Assembly (NCBI GenBank): GCA_051886175.1
Contig: JBJEXV010000051.1
Location: 11,239 to 75,238 of the forward strand
Direction of reading: 5' to 3'
Length of the DNA stretch: 64,000 bases
Source: Candidatus Coprovivens sp.
GTDB taxonomy: Bacteria; Bacillota_I; Bacilli_A; RF39; UBA660
Shown here piece after piece: positions 27,214 to 36,569 of the stretch. How positions within the stretch are numbered: the stretch's first letter is position 1; each line of letters begins with the position of its first letter. The notes under the pieces are model-generated. The model saw only the letters and a program-made list of their open reading frames with translations. It searched no databases and was not told the DNA's origin. A program made the translations under genes and the position numbers.

Positions 27214-27960
27214 ATGGAACAACAAGAAAAGAATAAAAGTTCAATTAATAGAACAAAGGGGATAGAACCAATGACATTAGATAGTCATGAACCAGAATGG
27301 TATAAAGAACAAGGATACCTTGATATTGATGTAGACATATTAGGAGAAGCACTAAGTTACTTATTTACATATAACCTAGATTACCCGTTCTTTTATAATA
27401 AATTATATTATGAATTAGAAGGTCAAACACAAGATGGTAAGACTATTAAAGATGGTAGACATATGGCTTTAGTAGCACCAAAAAAATATGCAGAACATGT
27501 AACAAGACCATTCGAAAAAGAAACATTTATACCAAAAACTGAAGAAGATACAATGCTAAAACAACAACCATTAAGACTTATAGATGAAGCATATCTTTTA
27601 AGATTTACTAATGAAGAAGATAAAAAAATTGAAATGGGTGTTATAAGCAATGGAAGATTCATTCCAGGACACATCTTCCCGATTAGAACAATGGAAAACT
27701 TTGGAGAAGTTGAATACAACAATCCAGGATTCTCATTTATCCAAGACTTCTTTAGAACAGTAATGCAATACAAACTAGATAATCATAAACCTAATATAAA
27801 TATTCAAGATATATATAATATTTTAGGTACGTATGGTATTGAAAGAAGAGAATATTTAGAAAAATTAGTAAGAACATTACAAAATGTTAGAGATAAAGCA
27901 ATATCTACTGCAACAGATAATAAGTCTGTAGGATTAATATTATCTAAGAAAAGTGAATAA
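27214..27960 (+). CDS. Hypothetical protein (248 aa)
   Basis: ATG 27214 follows AGGAGGGA; the ORF track starts at 27187. No motif recognised. Confidence 0.6.
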   Translation: MEQQEKNKSSINRTKGIEPMTLDSHEPEWYKEQGYLDIDVDILGEALSYLFTYNLDYPFFYNKLYYELEGQTQDGKTIKDGRHMALVAPKKYAEHVTRPFEKETFIPKTEEDTMLKQQPLRLIDEAYLLRFTNEEDKKIEMGVISNGRFIPGHIFPIRTMENFGEVEYNNPGFSFIQDFFRTVMQYKLDNHKPNINIQDIYNILGTYGIERREYLEKLVRTLQNVRDKAISTATDNKSVGLILSKKSE

Positions 27961-27978
27961 CAATATTCACTTTTTTTA

Positions 27979-27987
27979 TGTTATAAT
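27979..27987 (+). promoter_or_regulatory. Extended -10 promoter element TGTTATAAT
   Basis: It abuts the terminator T-run, and the leader ATACATAATAGAGGTGAT is similar to those at 4351 and 6761. Confidence 0.5.
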
Positions 27988-28011
27988 AAATACATAATAG
28001 AGGTGATTATA

Positions 28012-28929
28012 ATGGCAATGAATATTGAGCAATTATTTGAAGGACTACCTATAGAAAAACAAAGAGAATTAAGAGCACAAATTGATAGATTTATTAAACT
28101 AAAAGGAACACCAAGAAAAGTAGCTGAAGTAGGAGATGTAATTCGTCTACCAAAAGGTACATTAATACATGGTACAAGTGTTGATGAAGAAAAACTAACA
28201 AGTATTGCTGAATCAGGAATTATTACTGGTCAAGCATTTGGAATTGCTGAAGATGGTGAAACATTCTATTGTGCTGACTTCCATAGAGTAAATAATGATA
28301 TGTCATTAGCAAATTATAATGACCAATTTCCATACAGAGATGGAAGATGTCCGTTTGGAATAAGAGGTAAAAACACATTAGCATTTATCTTATATCCTGA
28401 TGCTAACTTAGATGAAATTGCGTCATTCGATTGCTACAGAGAAGGAACAAAAGAATCAGATACAACAAAAAACTTTGTTAACGTGAAAGGATTACCTGTA
28501 AAAGATACATCCTTAGCAGCATCAATTCTATTTGGAGTACCAAGTAACTTTATCAACGGTATTATTCTCGGAGATGCATTTATTAATGAAAAAACAGTTA
28601 AATTCCTAATTGATAAATTCCCAGGTGTATTCATAACAAGAAACAATGGTGAAATAATCTATAAATATGGTGATACATTAGAAATAGTTACAACAAGAAT
28701 AAAAGGTATTGAAAGACAAATAAAATTAGAAGAAACAGAACGCCAAATTGAACAAAGAGACAATCAAATAGATATACAAAAAAGAGATAATGATAAATTA
28801 TGGAGTGCAATAGCAACACTTCCAGTAGAACAAATAGCTCAAGTTTATGAACAACTTGGATGGCAAGGTGACTACATGGAATGTGCTAGAAGACTAAAAG
28901 AACAACATTCAACAGGTAAAAAAATGTAA
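28012..28929 (+). CDS. Hypothetical protein (305 aa)
   Basis: ATG 28012 follows AGAGGTGAT. It contains LIHGTSVDE...FYCADF and a C-terminal coiled segment. No secure family assignment. Confidence 0.6.
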   Translation: MAMNIEQLFEGLPIEKQRELRAQIDRFIKLKGTPRKVAEVGDVIRLPKGTLIHGTSVDEEKLTSIAESGIITGQAFGIAEDGETFYCADFHRVNNDMSLANYNDQFPYRDGRCPFGIRGKNTLAFILYPDANLDEIASFDCYREGTKESDTTKNFVNVKGLPVKDTSLAASILFGVPSNFINGIILGDAFINEKTVKFLIDKFPGVFITRNNGEIIYKYGDTLEIVTTRIKGIERQIKLEETERQIEQRDNQIDIQKRDNDKLWSAIATLPVEQIAQVYEQLGWQGDYMECARRLKEQHSTGKKM

Positions 28930-28954
28930 AATGGACTTGGCTCCATTTTTTTTA

Positions 28955-28963
28955 TGCTATAAT
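28955..28963 (+). promoter_or_regulatory. Extended -10 promoter element TGCTATAAT
   Basis: It abuts the terminator T-run, 25 nt upstream of ATG 28988. Confidence 0.5.
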
Positions 28964-28987
28964 AAAACCAAATAAGAGGTGGTACCT

Positions 28988-29473
28988 ATGAAAATATATG
29001 TTATTGGACCAACTGGATCAGGAAAATCAACACTAGCTAAATCCTTAAGTAAAAAACATAACATTCCATCTTATGAATTAGATTTACTAGTATATGATGA
29101 TGAAAATGGTCACGTCAAAAGACCAGATAAAGTACGTGAAGAAATGTTTAATAAAATACTTCGTAAAAAGAACTGGATAATTGAAGATGTTGGTCGTTCC
29201 AAATTCGAACTGGGCCGTGAAAAAGCCGACATAATATATTACATAAAAATACCAAGAATAGTTGTATACAAAAGAGTAATGACTAGATGGTTTAAACAAA
29301 GATTAGGTAAAGAATCATATAACTACCCACCAACATTATTTCAATTCTTCGACATGCTTCGATGTTGCAGAGGTTATTTCAAAAAAGAAAAAGATAAATT
29401 AAAAACTTTAGAAAAATATAATGATAAAGTTAAATACTTAAACTATAAAGAGTTAAATAACTTAGAAAAATAA
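28988..29473 (+). CDS. P-loop NTPase/kinase (adenylate-kinase-like, topology modulation protein FlaR-like)
   Basis: Walker A MKIYVIGPTGSGKSTLAK at the extreme N-terminus. 161 aa. Confidence 0.75.
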   Translation: MKIYVIGPTGSGKSTLAKSLSKKHNIPSYELDLLVYDDENGHVKRPDKVREEMFNKILRKKNWIIEDVGRSKFELGREKADIIYYIKIPRIVVYKRVMTRWFKQRLGKESYNYPPTLFQFFDMLRCCRGYFKKEKDKLKTLEKYNDKVKYLNYKELNNLEK

Positions 29474-29483
29474 GAGGTATATT

Positions 29484-30038
29484 ATGGAAAATACAAACTT
29501 AAGAAGAGCAACTAAAGAAGATGCATATGGTGCTGAATATGTAGCAGTTCATTCTTGGTATGATACTTATAAACCATTCATGCCAATAGAATACTTAACA
29601 TATAGAGTAGAAAATATAGAAGAAAGAGTACCAAGAGTAGAACAAAGAATAGAAGAATCACCTGCATATCATGTACTAACTGATAATGATAAAATAATAG
29701 GTATTCTAAATTATAAACCTAATCAAAATGAAAAATATAAAAACTATGGATACTTAGAATCTATATACATTCTTACAGAACATCATGGAAAAGGATTAGG
29801 TAAAGTATTATTTAAAAAAGCAATAGAAGGCTTAATTGCAATGGGATATAATGATATGTATTTAGAATGCATATTAGGAAACCCAACAATGGAATTCTAT
29901 AAAAAATATACAGGTTATGTTATAGAAGAAATAGACTTTCCTATAAAAGACTTCTCAGTAAAAGCATATGTAGTATTATTTAATGACTTAAAGAAAATAC
30001 TAACTATGTTAGATGAACCGCAAAAAGAAAAACTATAA
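29484..30038 (+). CDS. GNAT-family N-acetyltransferase
   Basis: Acetyl-CoA motif A HHGKGLGKVLFKKAIE. 184 aa. Confidence 0.85.
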   Translation: MENTNLRRATKEDAYGAEYVAVHSWYDTYKPFMPIEYLTYRVENIEERVPRVEQRIEESPAYHVLTDNDKIIGILNYKPNQNEKYKNYGYLESIYILTEHHGKGLGKVLFKKAIEGLIAMGYNDMYLECILGNPTMEFYKKYTGYVIEEIDFPIKDFSVKAYVVLFNDLKKILTMLDEPQKEKL

Positions 30039-30070
30039 TAAAAAAATAATATATAACAGGAGGTTTTGAT

Positions 30071-31291
30071 ATGAAAGAATTAGAAAGAAAATATGTAGAC
30101 TTAATATTACAAAGATGTGTTAACTTTGAACAATCAAAATCATTAATGATTCATTGTGATTTTAAAGAACATGTTCCATTTGCTGAACTAATAAAACAAA
30201 GAGCTAATGAACTAGGTATCTTTGATGTATGTATTAATGTAAATGATTTAGATGATATACATGATTACTTAATGTCTACACCAGTAGAAAAAATAACATT
30301 AAATCCAATAATAAATAAATCAGCATGGAATGAATATGCCATAAAAGGTGGAGCACTAGTTTTCTTAAACTCAACAGTTCCTGGTTTAATGGATGATGTA
30401 CCTGCAGAAAAAATAGATACATGGCATAAAATAAGTGAAACAGTAGTTCCATACTATCGTGCTCAAGTTAGTAAATATACATTCCCTTGGTGTATAGTTT
30501 GTATGCCAAACGAAAGATGGGCTAAATCATTATTTCCAGATTGTGAAAATGCTTATGAAAAATTATACTTGTACATTATGAAAATGTGTATGATTGATAA
30601 AAAAGATCCAGTTGCAGCATGGAAAGAATACATAGATGGTAATAACTACTATAAAAATAAATTAAATAGATTAGGTATTAAAGCAATGCATTTTACAAAC
30701 TCATTAGAAACAGATTTAACATTAGAAATACCAGAAGATAACATTTGGTTAAATCTTGATAAAACTGACACTAAAGGTGGTCAAATGATAGCTAACATGC
30801 CATCATACGAAATATTTACAACACCTGACTATCGTCGTACTAATGGTATAGTTTATTCAAGTCGTCCACTAGTATATGGTGGTAAAGTAATAGAAGATTT
30901 TTCAATTACATTCCAAGATGGCAAAGTAATTGCAGTAAAAGCTAAAAAAGGTCAAGAACTATTAGAGAAAATAATCTATGAAACTCCAGGAGCTGAATAC
31001 CTAGGAGAAGTAGCACTAGTTCAAAATGATTCGCCTATATCAAACACAGGCTTAGTATTTAATACAACACTATTTGATGAAAATGCTTCATGTCATTTAG
31101 CTTTAGGTAGAGGATTTGCCAAAACATTTAAAGGGCATGAAACAATGAGTGATGAAGAACTACATGAAAGAGGTTTAAACTTAAGTAAAAACCATATTGA
31201 CTTCATGATAGGAACTCCTGATTTAGATATATCAGCAGAAACAAAAGAAGGAACACAACTAGTATTTAAAAAAGGAAACTTCAATATTTAA
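30071..31291 (+). CDS. Aminopeptidase, M29 (AmpS/PepS) family
   Basis: 406 aa. The N-terminus KYVDLILQRCVNFEQSKSLMIHCD and the C-terminus SCHLALGRGF...NHIDFMIGTPDL are typical of thermophilic metalloprotease M29. Confidence 0.85.
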   Translation: MKELERKYVDLILQRCVNFEQSKSLMIHCDFKEHVPFAELIKQRANELGIFDVCINVNDLDDIHDYLMSTPVEKITLNPIINKSAWNEYAIKGGALVFLNSTVPGLMDDVPAEKIDTWHKISETVVPYYRAQVSKYTFPWCIVCMPNERWAKSLFPDCENAYEKLYLYIMKMCMIDKKDPVAAWKEYIDGNNYYKNKLNRLGIKAMHFTNSLETDLTLEIPEDNIWLNLDKTDTKGGQMIANMPSYEIFTTPDYRRTNGIVYSSRPLVYGGKVIEDFSITFQDGKVIAVKAKKGQELLEKIIYETPGAEYLGEVALVQNDSPISNTGLVFNTTLFDENASCHLALGRGFAKTFKGHETMSDEELHERGLNLSKNHIDFMIGTPDLDISAETKEGTQLVFKKGNFNI

Positions 31292-31343
31292 CAAAAGATG
31301 AGTAAACCTCATCTTTTTATTTTGTATATAAACTTTTAAACTA

Positions 31344-31352
31344 TGCTATAAT
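31344..31352 (+). promoter_or_regulatory. Extended -10 promoter element TGCTATAAT
   Basis: It lies 31 nt upstream of ATG 31383, after the terminator AAGATGAG/CTCATCTT. Confidence 0.5.
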
Positions 31353-31382
31353 AAATATATAAAATCCAGGGAGGGTTATTAC

Positions 31383-32348
31383 ATGAAAGAACAAATAGAA
31401 AAACTAAAAAAAATAGAATTACATATCCATTTAGATGGATCTGTTCCAATAGCAACAATTTCTAAAATATCAGGAAAAAGCATAGAAGAACTAACTGAAG
31501 AAATGGTTGCTCCAGACAAATGTGAAAACTTAAGTGACTATCTAACTAGATTTGACACACCACTTAAATACATGCAAACAAAAGAAAATTTATATCAAAT
31601 ATCTAAAGAAGTAGCTGATTACTTAGAAAGTCAAAATGTAATATATGCTGAAGTACGTTTTGCTCCTATGTTCCATACAAAAGAAGGTTTATCATATAAC
31701 GAAATAGTAGAAACCGTAAGAGATGGCTTAAGAAGTAATCCAAATGTTAAAACTAACTTAATACTTTGTATGATGCGTGGCTTCCCATTTGAAGAAAACG
31801 TAAAAACTATCGACGCAGCATTCGAATACTTATATGATGGAGTATGTGCTATAGACTTAGCAGGAGCAGAAGACAAATTCCCATTATCAGATTACGAAGA
31901 ACTATTTAAAATAGCAAAATCAAAATTTGTTCCATTTACTATTCACGCTGGTGAAAATGCTAGCTATAAAGAAATAGAACTAGCAATGCAATTCGGTGCA
32001 AAAAGAATAGGTCATGGTATTCATGCTAATGAATCATTAGAAACACAAGTACTATTAAAAGAAAAAAGTGTACTATTAGAAATGTGTCCAACAAGTAATG
32101 TTCAAACTAATGCTATTGAAGAATACAAAGATCATCCATTAGAATTCTTCTATAACTGCGAAGTAAAAATATGTGTTAACACAGATAACACTACAGTATC
32201 AAATATTACATTAAATGAAGAATACTTAAAACTACATGAACACTTTGGCATTACAATAGAACAATTCAAAAAAATGAACGAATATGCCGCTGAAAGCGCA
32301 TTCTTAACAATAGATGAACAAGCAGAATTAAAAGAATTATTAAAATAA
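31383..32348 (+). CDS. add: Adenosine deaminase
   Basis: ELHIHLDGS, FTIHAGE, GHGIH and VNTDN metal and catalytic motifs are present. 321 aa. Confidence 0.92.
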   Translation: MKEQIEKLKKIELHIHLDGSVPIATISKISGKSIEELTEEMVAPDKCENLSDYLTRFDTPLKYMQTKENLYQISKEVADYLESQNVIYAEVRFAPMFHTKEGLSYNEIVETVRDGLRSNPNVKTNLILCMMRGFPFEENVKTIDAAFEYLYDGVCAIDLAGAEDKFPLSDYEELFKIAKSKFVPFTIHAGENASYKEIELAMQFGAKRIGHGIHANESLETQVLLKEKSVLLEMCPTSNVQTNAIEEYKDHPLEFFYNCEVKICVNTDNTTVSNITLNEEYLKLHEHFGITIEQFKKMNEYAAESAFLTIDEQAELKELLK

Positions 32349-32372
32349 CACACAAATAGTGTGTTTTTTCTA

Positions 32373-32381
32373 TGCTATAAT
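32373..32381 (+). promoter_or_regulatory. Extended -10 promoter element TGCTATAAT
   Basis: It abuts the add terminator (AACACAC/GTGTGTT plus a T-run), 17 nt upstream of ATG 32398. Confidence 0.5.
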
Positions 32382-32397
32382 AAATTTGGTGATACAT

Positions 32398-33201
32398 ATG
32401 ATAGATAAAATAATAAAAGATTTAGAACTAAATTTAAACATTAAAATTAATAAAAAAGACATTATCTACTACACAGATGGAGCAACAGATTCCATAGTAT
32501 TTAATATTAATAACAAATACCTTATTAAAACAGTAGATGAAAATACATACAATACTCAAATAGAATTCTTAAATTTCTACAAAGAAATACCTAACTTCCA
32601 AAAAGTAATCCATTCTAATAAAGACTTAAATTATATATGTTTTGAATTCATACCAGGTACTAAATATTCTTCCTCTAATATAGATCATACTAAAACAATA
32701 GATAAACTATATAACATAACTAAACAATATAAAGAATATAATCATAATTACTATGGATACCTATACGAAGATAAAAAAACTTGGATAGAATTCCTAAACT
32801 CCGAAATAGAATACTCATATTCTAAAATAAAAGACTTAAATATAAACCTAGATAAAATAACTAATGCAATATCAACATTAGATAAATACCAAAAACCTAA
32901 ATACCTAATCCATGGAGATTTTGGTACACATAACTTTATAACTAATGGAGATACACTAAATGTAATCGACCCAATGCCAGTAGTGGGCGATTACCTATAT
33001 GACTTTTATTTCTCAATATTCTCTGATACTGATATATTTACAACAACTACTATCGAAGAACTATTAAAATACTATGATAGAGAAATAGAAGTCAAAAAAG
33101 CAATGATAACAATAACATTCTTTATAAGAATGTCTAGAGCATTCGTTTATAATAAAGAAAAATTTGATACATACTTAAAATACTATAACGAGGTGATATA
33201 A
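32398..33201 (+). CDS. Phosphotransferase (APH/choline-kinase-like) family protein
   Basis: Brenner motif LIHGDFGTHNF and a downstream VIDPMP. ATG 32398 follows GGTGAT; the ORF track starts at 32359. Confidence 0.72.
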   Translation: MIDKIIKDLELNLNIKINKKDIIYYTDGATDSIVFNINNKYLIKTVDENTYNTQIEFLNFYKEIPNFQKVIHSNKDLNYICFEFIPGTKYSSSNIDHTKTIDKLYNITKQYKEYNHNYYGYLYEDKKTWIEFLNSEIEYSYSKIKDLNINLDKITNAISTLDKYQKPKYLIHGDFGTHNFITNGDTLNVIDPMPVVGDYLYDFYFSIFSDTDIFTTTTIEELLKYYDREIEVKKAMITITFFIRMSRAFVYNKEKFDTYLKYYNEVI

Positions 33202-33588
33202 ATGAAATTCAATAGCTTAATACCAGAACTATCAGTCACTGATATCAATAAAAGTAAAGAATTCTATCTATCACTAGGATTCCAAATAAAATATGAAAGA
33301 GTTGAAGATAAATTCTGTTTCTTAGAATTAGAAAACAACCAAATAATGATAGAACAAATAAATGATAATTGGAATACTGGTACATTAGAATACCCATTCG
33401 GTAGAGGTATTAACATAAGTATGTCCGTATCAAATGTTAAAGAACTATATAAAGAAATAATAAATAAAAACATAAAACCATTTAAAGAACTTGAAACACA
33501 TTCATATCGCGTAGATGATATAAACTATGAAGATATAGAATTTCTAATTCAAGATCCAGATGGTTACTTACTAAGATTCAATAACTAA
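33202..33588 (+). CDS. VOC-family protein (glyoxalase/bleomycin-resistance fold)
   Basis: 128 aa. IPELSVTDINKSKEFY..LGF and the C-terminal IQDPDGYLLRF are typical of bleomycin-resistance/glyoxalase proteins. Confidence 0.78.
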   Translation: MKFNSLIPELSVTDINKSKEFYLSLGFQIKYERVEDKFCFLELENNQIMIEQINDNWNTGTLEYPFGRGINISMSVSNVKELYKEIINKNIKPFKELETHSYRVDDINYEDIEFLIQDPDGYLLRFNN

Positions 33589-33631
33589 TTGTGAATAACT
33601 AATATACTCATTCACACCCAAAGGAGGATTT

Positions 33632-34165
33632 ATGAAAAATATATTTATAGGTGGTGCAGCCAAATCAGGCAAATCAACAATTGCTGAAAAAATATGTTCT
33701 AAAGAAAGATATAATCACATTCCATTAGATTATTTTACTGCATCCCTAAAAAGAAACTTTCCTGATGTAGGAATAAGAAGTAATGTATTAATAGAAGGAG
33801 AAACAAGTCCCAAACTAGCATTACTACTATCAACAGTATTCAATATAATTGATGACACTGAAGAAAAATTCATTATTGATTCGGCACATATAATGCCTAA
33901 AGATATAATTAAATATATTGATAGGGAAAAATGGGACATTATATATGTTGGATATCCAAATGTCTCACCACAAGATAAATTTAATTTAATAAGAAAATTA
34001 GAACATGAATTAAGTTGGACACATCGCCGTAGCGACGAAGAACTATTCAAAATGATAGAAAGACTAGTAGAAATAAGTAAAGAAATAGAACAACAATGCA
34101 AAGAATATAACATAAGATTCATTGACACTAGCGGTGATATAAAAGATGTTCTAGAGGAACTATAA
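33632..34165 (+). CDS. P-loop NTPase/kinase-like protein
   Basis: Walker A GGAAKSGKST near the N-terminus. 177 aa. Confidence 0.6.
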   Translation: MKNIFIGGAAKSGKSTIAEKICSKERYNHIPLDYFTASLKRNFPDVGIRSNVLIEGETSPKLALLLSTVFNIIDDTEEKFIIDSAHIMPKDIIKYIDREKWDIIYVGYPNVSPQDKFNLIRKLEHELSWTHRRSDEELFKMIERLVEISKEIEQQCKEYNIRFIDTSGDIKDVLEEL

Positions 34166-34166
34166 T

Positions 34167-34526
34167 ATGAAAGAAAAAATATTAGAATTAGAAAAAAGTT
34201 TATTTAAACATGAATATACATCTAATAGAAATTACTTAGAAAATATCATACATGTAAACTTTATTGAATGTGGCAAATCAGGACTTCTATACGATAATGA
34301 AATCACAATAGATTCCTTACTTGAATGCCAAACAGATAGAAATATAAAAATATATAACTTCACTTGTGAACAAATAGATAACAATACATACTTAGTACAT
34401 TACATAACAGTAAGTAATGGCGTTAAATACTATCGTACATCTATTTGGAAACAAGAAGAAAACTTAAAACTATACTTTCATCAAGCAACAAAATTCATTG
34501 ATAAAGTTGAACTTGTTGAAAACTAA
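34167..34526 (+). CDS. NTF2-like (DUF4440/SnoaL-like) protein
   Basis: The C-terminal YRTSIWKQEENLKLYFHQAT matches the RSSIW...W.l.FHQGT signature of DUF4440. Confidence 0.68.
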   Translation: MKEKILELEKSLFKHEYTSNRNYLENIIHVNFIECGKSGLLYDNEITIDSLLECQTDRNIKIYNFTCEQIDNNTYLVHYITVSNGVKYYRTSIWKQEENLKLYFHQATKFIDKVELVEN

Positions 34527-34538
34527 GGAGACGATAAT

Positions 34539-35140
34539 ATGAACTTAATTGGTAGTAAAATAATTGAAACAGAAAGATTAATCTTAAAACCACAAACAAT
34601 TCGAGAACAAAAAAGATTGTGGGAAATACTAATGATTCCTGAAGTAAATAAAGTATACTTAACAACACCAGCTAAGTTTAGAGATAAATTAAAAGATTGT
34701 CAAAACAAGAACCATTCTACGAAGAAAAAATAAAACACTCAAATGATAAGGATGTATTCGAATGGTCTATCTTCTTAAAAGATACTAATGAATGTATTGG
34801 TAAAATAGATTATCATGAATACTCAAAAGAAGATAACGAAATAAATGACTTAAGCATTAGAGGAGTAGGTTGGTATATTGAACCTAAACATCAAGGTAAA
34901 GGATATGGAACGGAAGCAGCAAAACACACATTAAAATATATGTTTGAAGAAGTAGAAATAACTAAAATTATTACTGGAGCAGCAATCGACAATCCTACTT
35001 CATGGAAAATAATGGAAAGATTGGGTTACCAAAAACTACCAGAAACAAAACTAGTAACATATACATACCTAGATGATCCAGTAGAAATATATACTTACGA
35101 AATAACAAGAGAACAATACTTAAATAGAACGGAAAATTAA
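34539..35140 (+). pseudogene. GNAT (RimJ/RimL-like) N-acetyltransferase split by a single-base frameshift
   Basis: ORF 34539..34733 (TERLILKP...) and frame 34688..35140 (..SKQEPFYEE...HQGKGYGTEAAK..) are the two halves of one GNAT. One extra base in gat-tg-tca (34695-34702) would read KDWSKQEPF. Confidence 0.7.
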
Positions 35141-35141
35141 A

Positions 35142-35588
35142 ATGTTAAAATATGAAGCAATCTTCTTAGATGAAGAATCAGTAAAACTAATACATAGACT
35201 AGAAGAAAATAAATTAGATAGAGTAAATGATGAAATACATCTAACATTAAAATACAAACCAAATGATAAAGAAATATTCAATGATATAGTAGGTCAAGAA
35301 TTTGAAATGTATTTAATTGGTTATGGTAATGATGGAAACAATAGTGGATTTGAAATAGAACTTTCAAAAAACTTAAAACCATATTACATAAACTATGATG
35401 AAACAAATACTAATATTCTAAAAAAACCACATATAACAGCATCACTATCTGAAGAAGCAGAAGCAGTAAATACTAAAAACCTAGACTTCAAAAAACTACC
35501 ACAAAAATATACAGTAAAAGGTAGATTCGGCTTTTGGATAGAAGATGATGATAAAGAATACTTATCATTTAAAAAATATACAAAATAA
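35142..35588 (+). CDS. Small 2H-phosphoesterase-like protein (two HxT/S motifs); tentative
   Basis: EIHLTLKY and KPHITASL are spaced about 65 aa apart, as in the LigT/2H superfamily. 148 aa. Confidence 0.5.
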   Translation: MLKYEAIFLDEESVKLIHRLEENKLDRVNDEIHLTLKYKPNDKEIFNDIVGQEFEMYLIGYGNDGNNSGFEIELSKNLKPYYINYDETNTNILKKPHITASLSEEAEAVNTKNLDFKKLPQKYTVKGRFGFWIEDDDKEYLSFKKYTK

Positions 35589-35611
35589 AAAAGCATCAAT
35601 CGATGCTTTTT
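35587..35611. terminator. Bidirectional terminator between convergent genes
   Basis: AAAAAGCATC / GATGCTTTTT, with A-runs and T-runs on both sides. Confidence 0.7.
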
Positions 35612-35612
35612 C

Positions 35613-36434
35613 TTATTCCATAATTTCTGGTTGACCAGCTATTTTTCTTTTCATTCTCTTAACAAAAGTATTATTCTTTTTAAATTCAGCTTCTTCTTTC
35701 ATTAATATTGGTTCAACTTTATAAGTTAAAACAATATACATACCATCTTCACTAATAGAATACTTAGCATTACCAACAGTACAAAAAGTAGCTCTAGCTT
35801 CACTCATACCAACAGCTCCATTAGCAATAACTTCTTTAATAAACTTTCTACTAACTTTACCTTTATTAAGTGGTTGACCATCTTTTCTACGAATAATAAT
35901 CTTATTAGGATCTAATGAAGATTTAGCTTCATATTCATCATTACTTCCACAATCATAACCATCGCTGTCTACAACAACAGGGAAATTCATTTTCTTAAGT
36001 CCTCTTAATACATGACTTAATTCAGGTAAAGTATGATAAATATTTCTATAAGCTATTACATCAGCTACATCTTCTTTACGTCCATCTAATTCTTCTTCAG
36101 ATAAATCTTTTAATTCTACGCAAAGTGCATTATGTTTATCAACTAATTCACCACTCTTAGCTTGCATTCCTTCAAATGATAATCCACGATATTCTTTAAT
36201 ATCTAAAATCCATTTTTGACTTCTAAAATATTCTATATCAGCTGGTTTATCAAACTCAACAAAATCCCATCTATTATGATCAGATACAATTAAAGGTTGA
36301 CCTGATGCAAATAACTTATCCATTAATGAAGCAGGGAATCCATTATTACCCATCTCACCATTAATGATTTCCATAAGATCTTGATATTGTACATAAACTT
36401 TTTCTTTTCCATTTTCAATATTAAATAATTTCAT
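35613..36434 (-). CDS. Hypothetical protein (273 aa)
   Basis: ATG 36434 is preceded by GGGAGG; the ORF track starts at 36488. No motif recognised. Confidence 0.6.
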   Translation of the reverse strand: MKLFNIENGKEKVYVQYQDLMEIINGEMGNNGFPASLMDKLFASGQPLIVSDHNRWDFVEFDKPADIEYFRSQKWILDIKEYRGLSFEGMQAKSGELVDKHNALCVELKDLSEEELDGRKEDVADVIAYRNIYHTLPELSHVLRGLKKMNFPVVVDSDGYDCGSNDEYEAKSSLDPNKIIIRRKDGQPLNKGKVSRKFIKEVIANGAVGMSEARATFCTVGNAKYSISEDGMYIVLTYKVEPILMKEEAEFKKNNTFVKRMKRKIAGQPEIME

Positions 36435-36569
36435 AACCAAAACCTCCCAATGTTTTTTTATATTATCAAAAAAAGATAAAAAATACAAATTAGTAATGAT
36501 TACTAGTTTTTCAATTAATGTTATGTTATTATATATAATAGAAAAGTATCATAAAAAGGGATGATAAAT

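Noticed and set aside
19666-28929. Homology between the hypothetical proteins 19666..20490 and 28012..28929, and an ADP-ribosyltransferase-like HGT motif in the latter
   Set aside because: Only loose pattern resemblance by eye (YG(L/I)..., ...GI(L/I)L). It is too weak to claim without profile searches.
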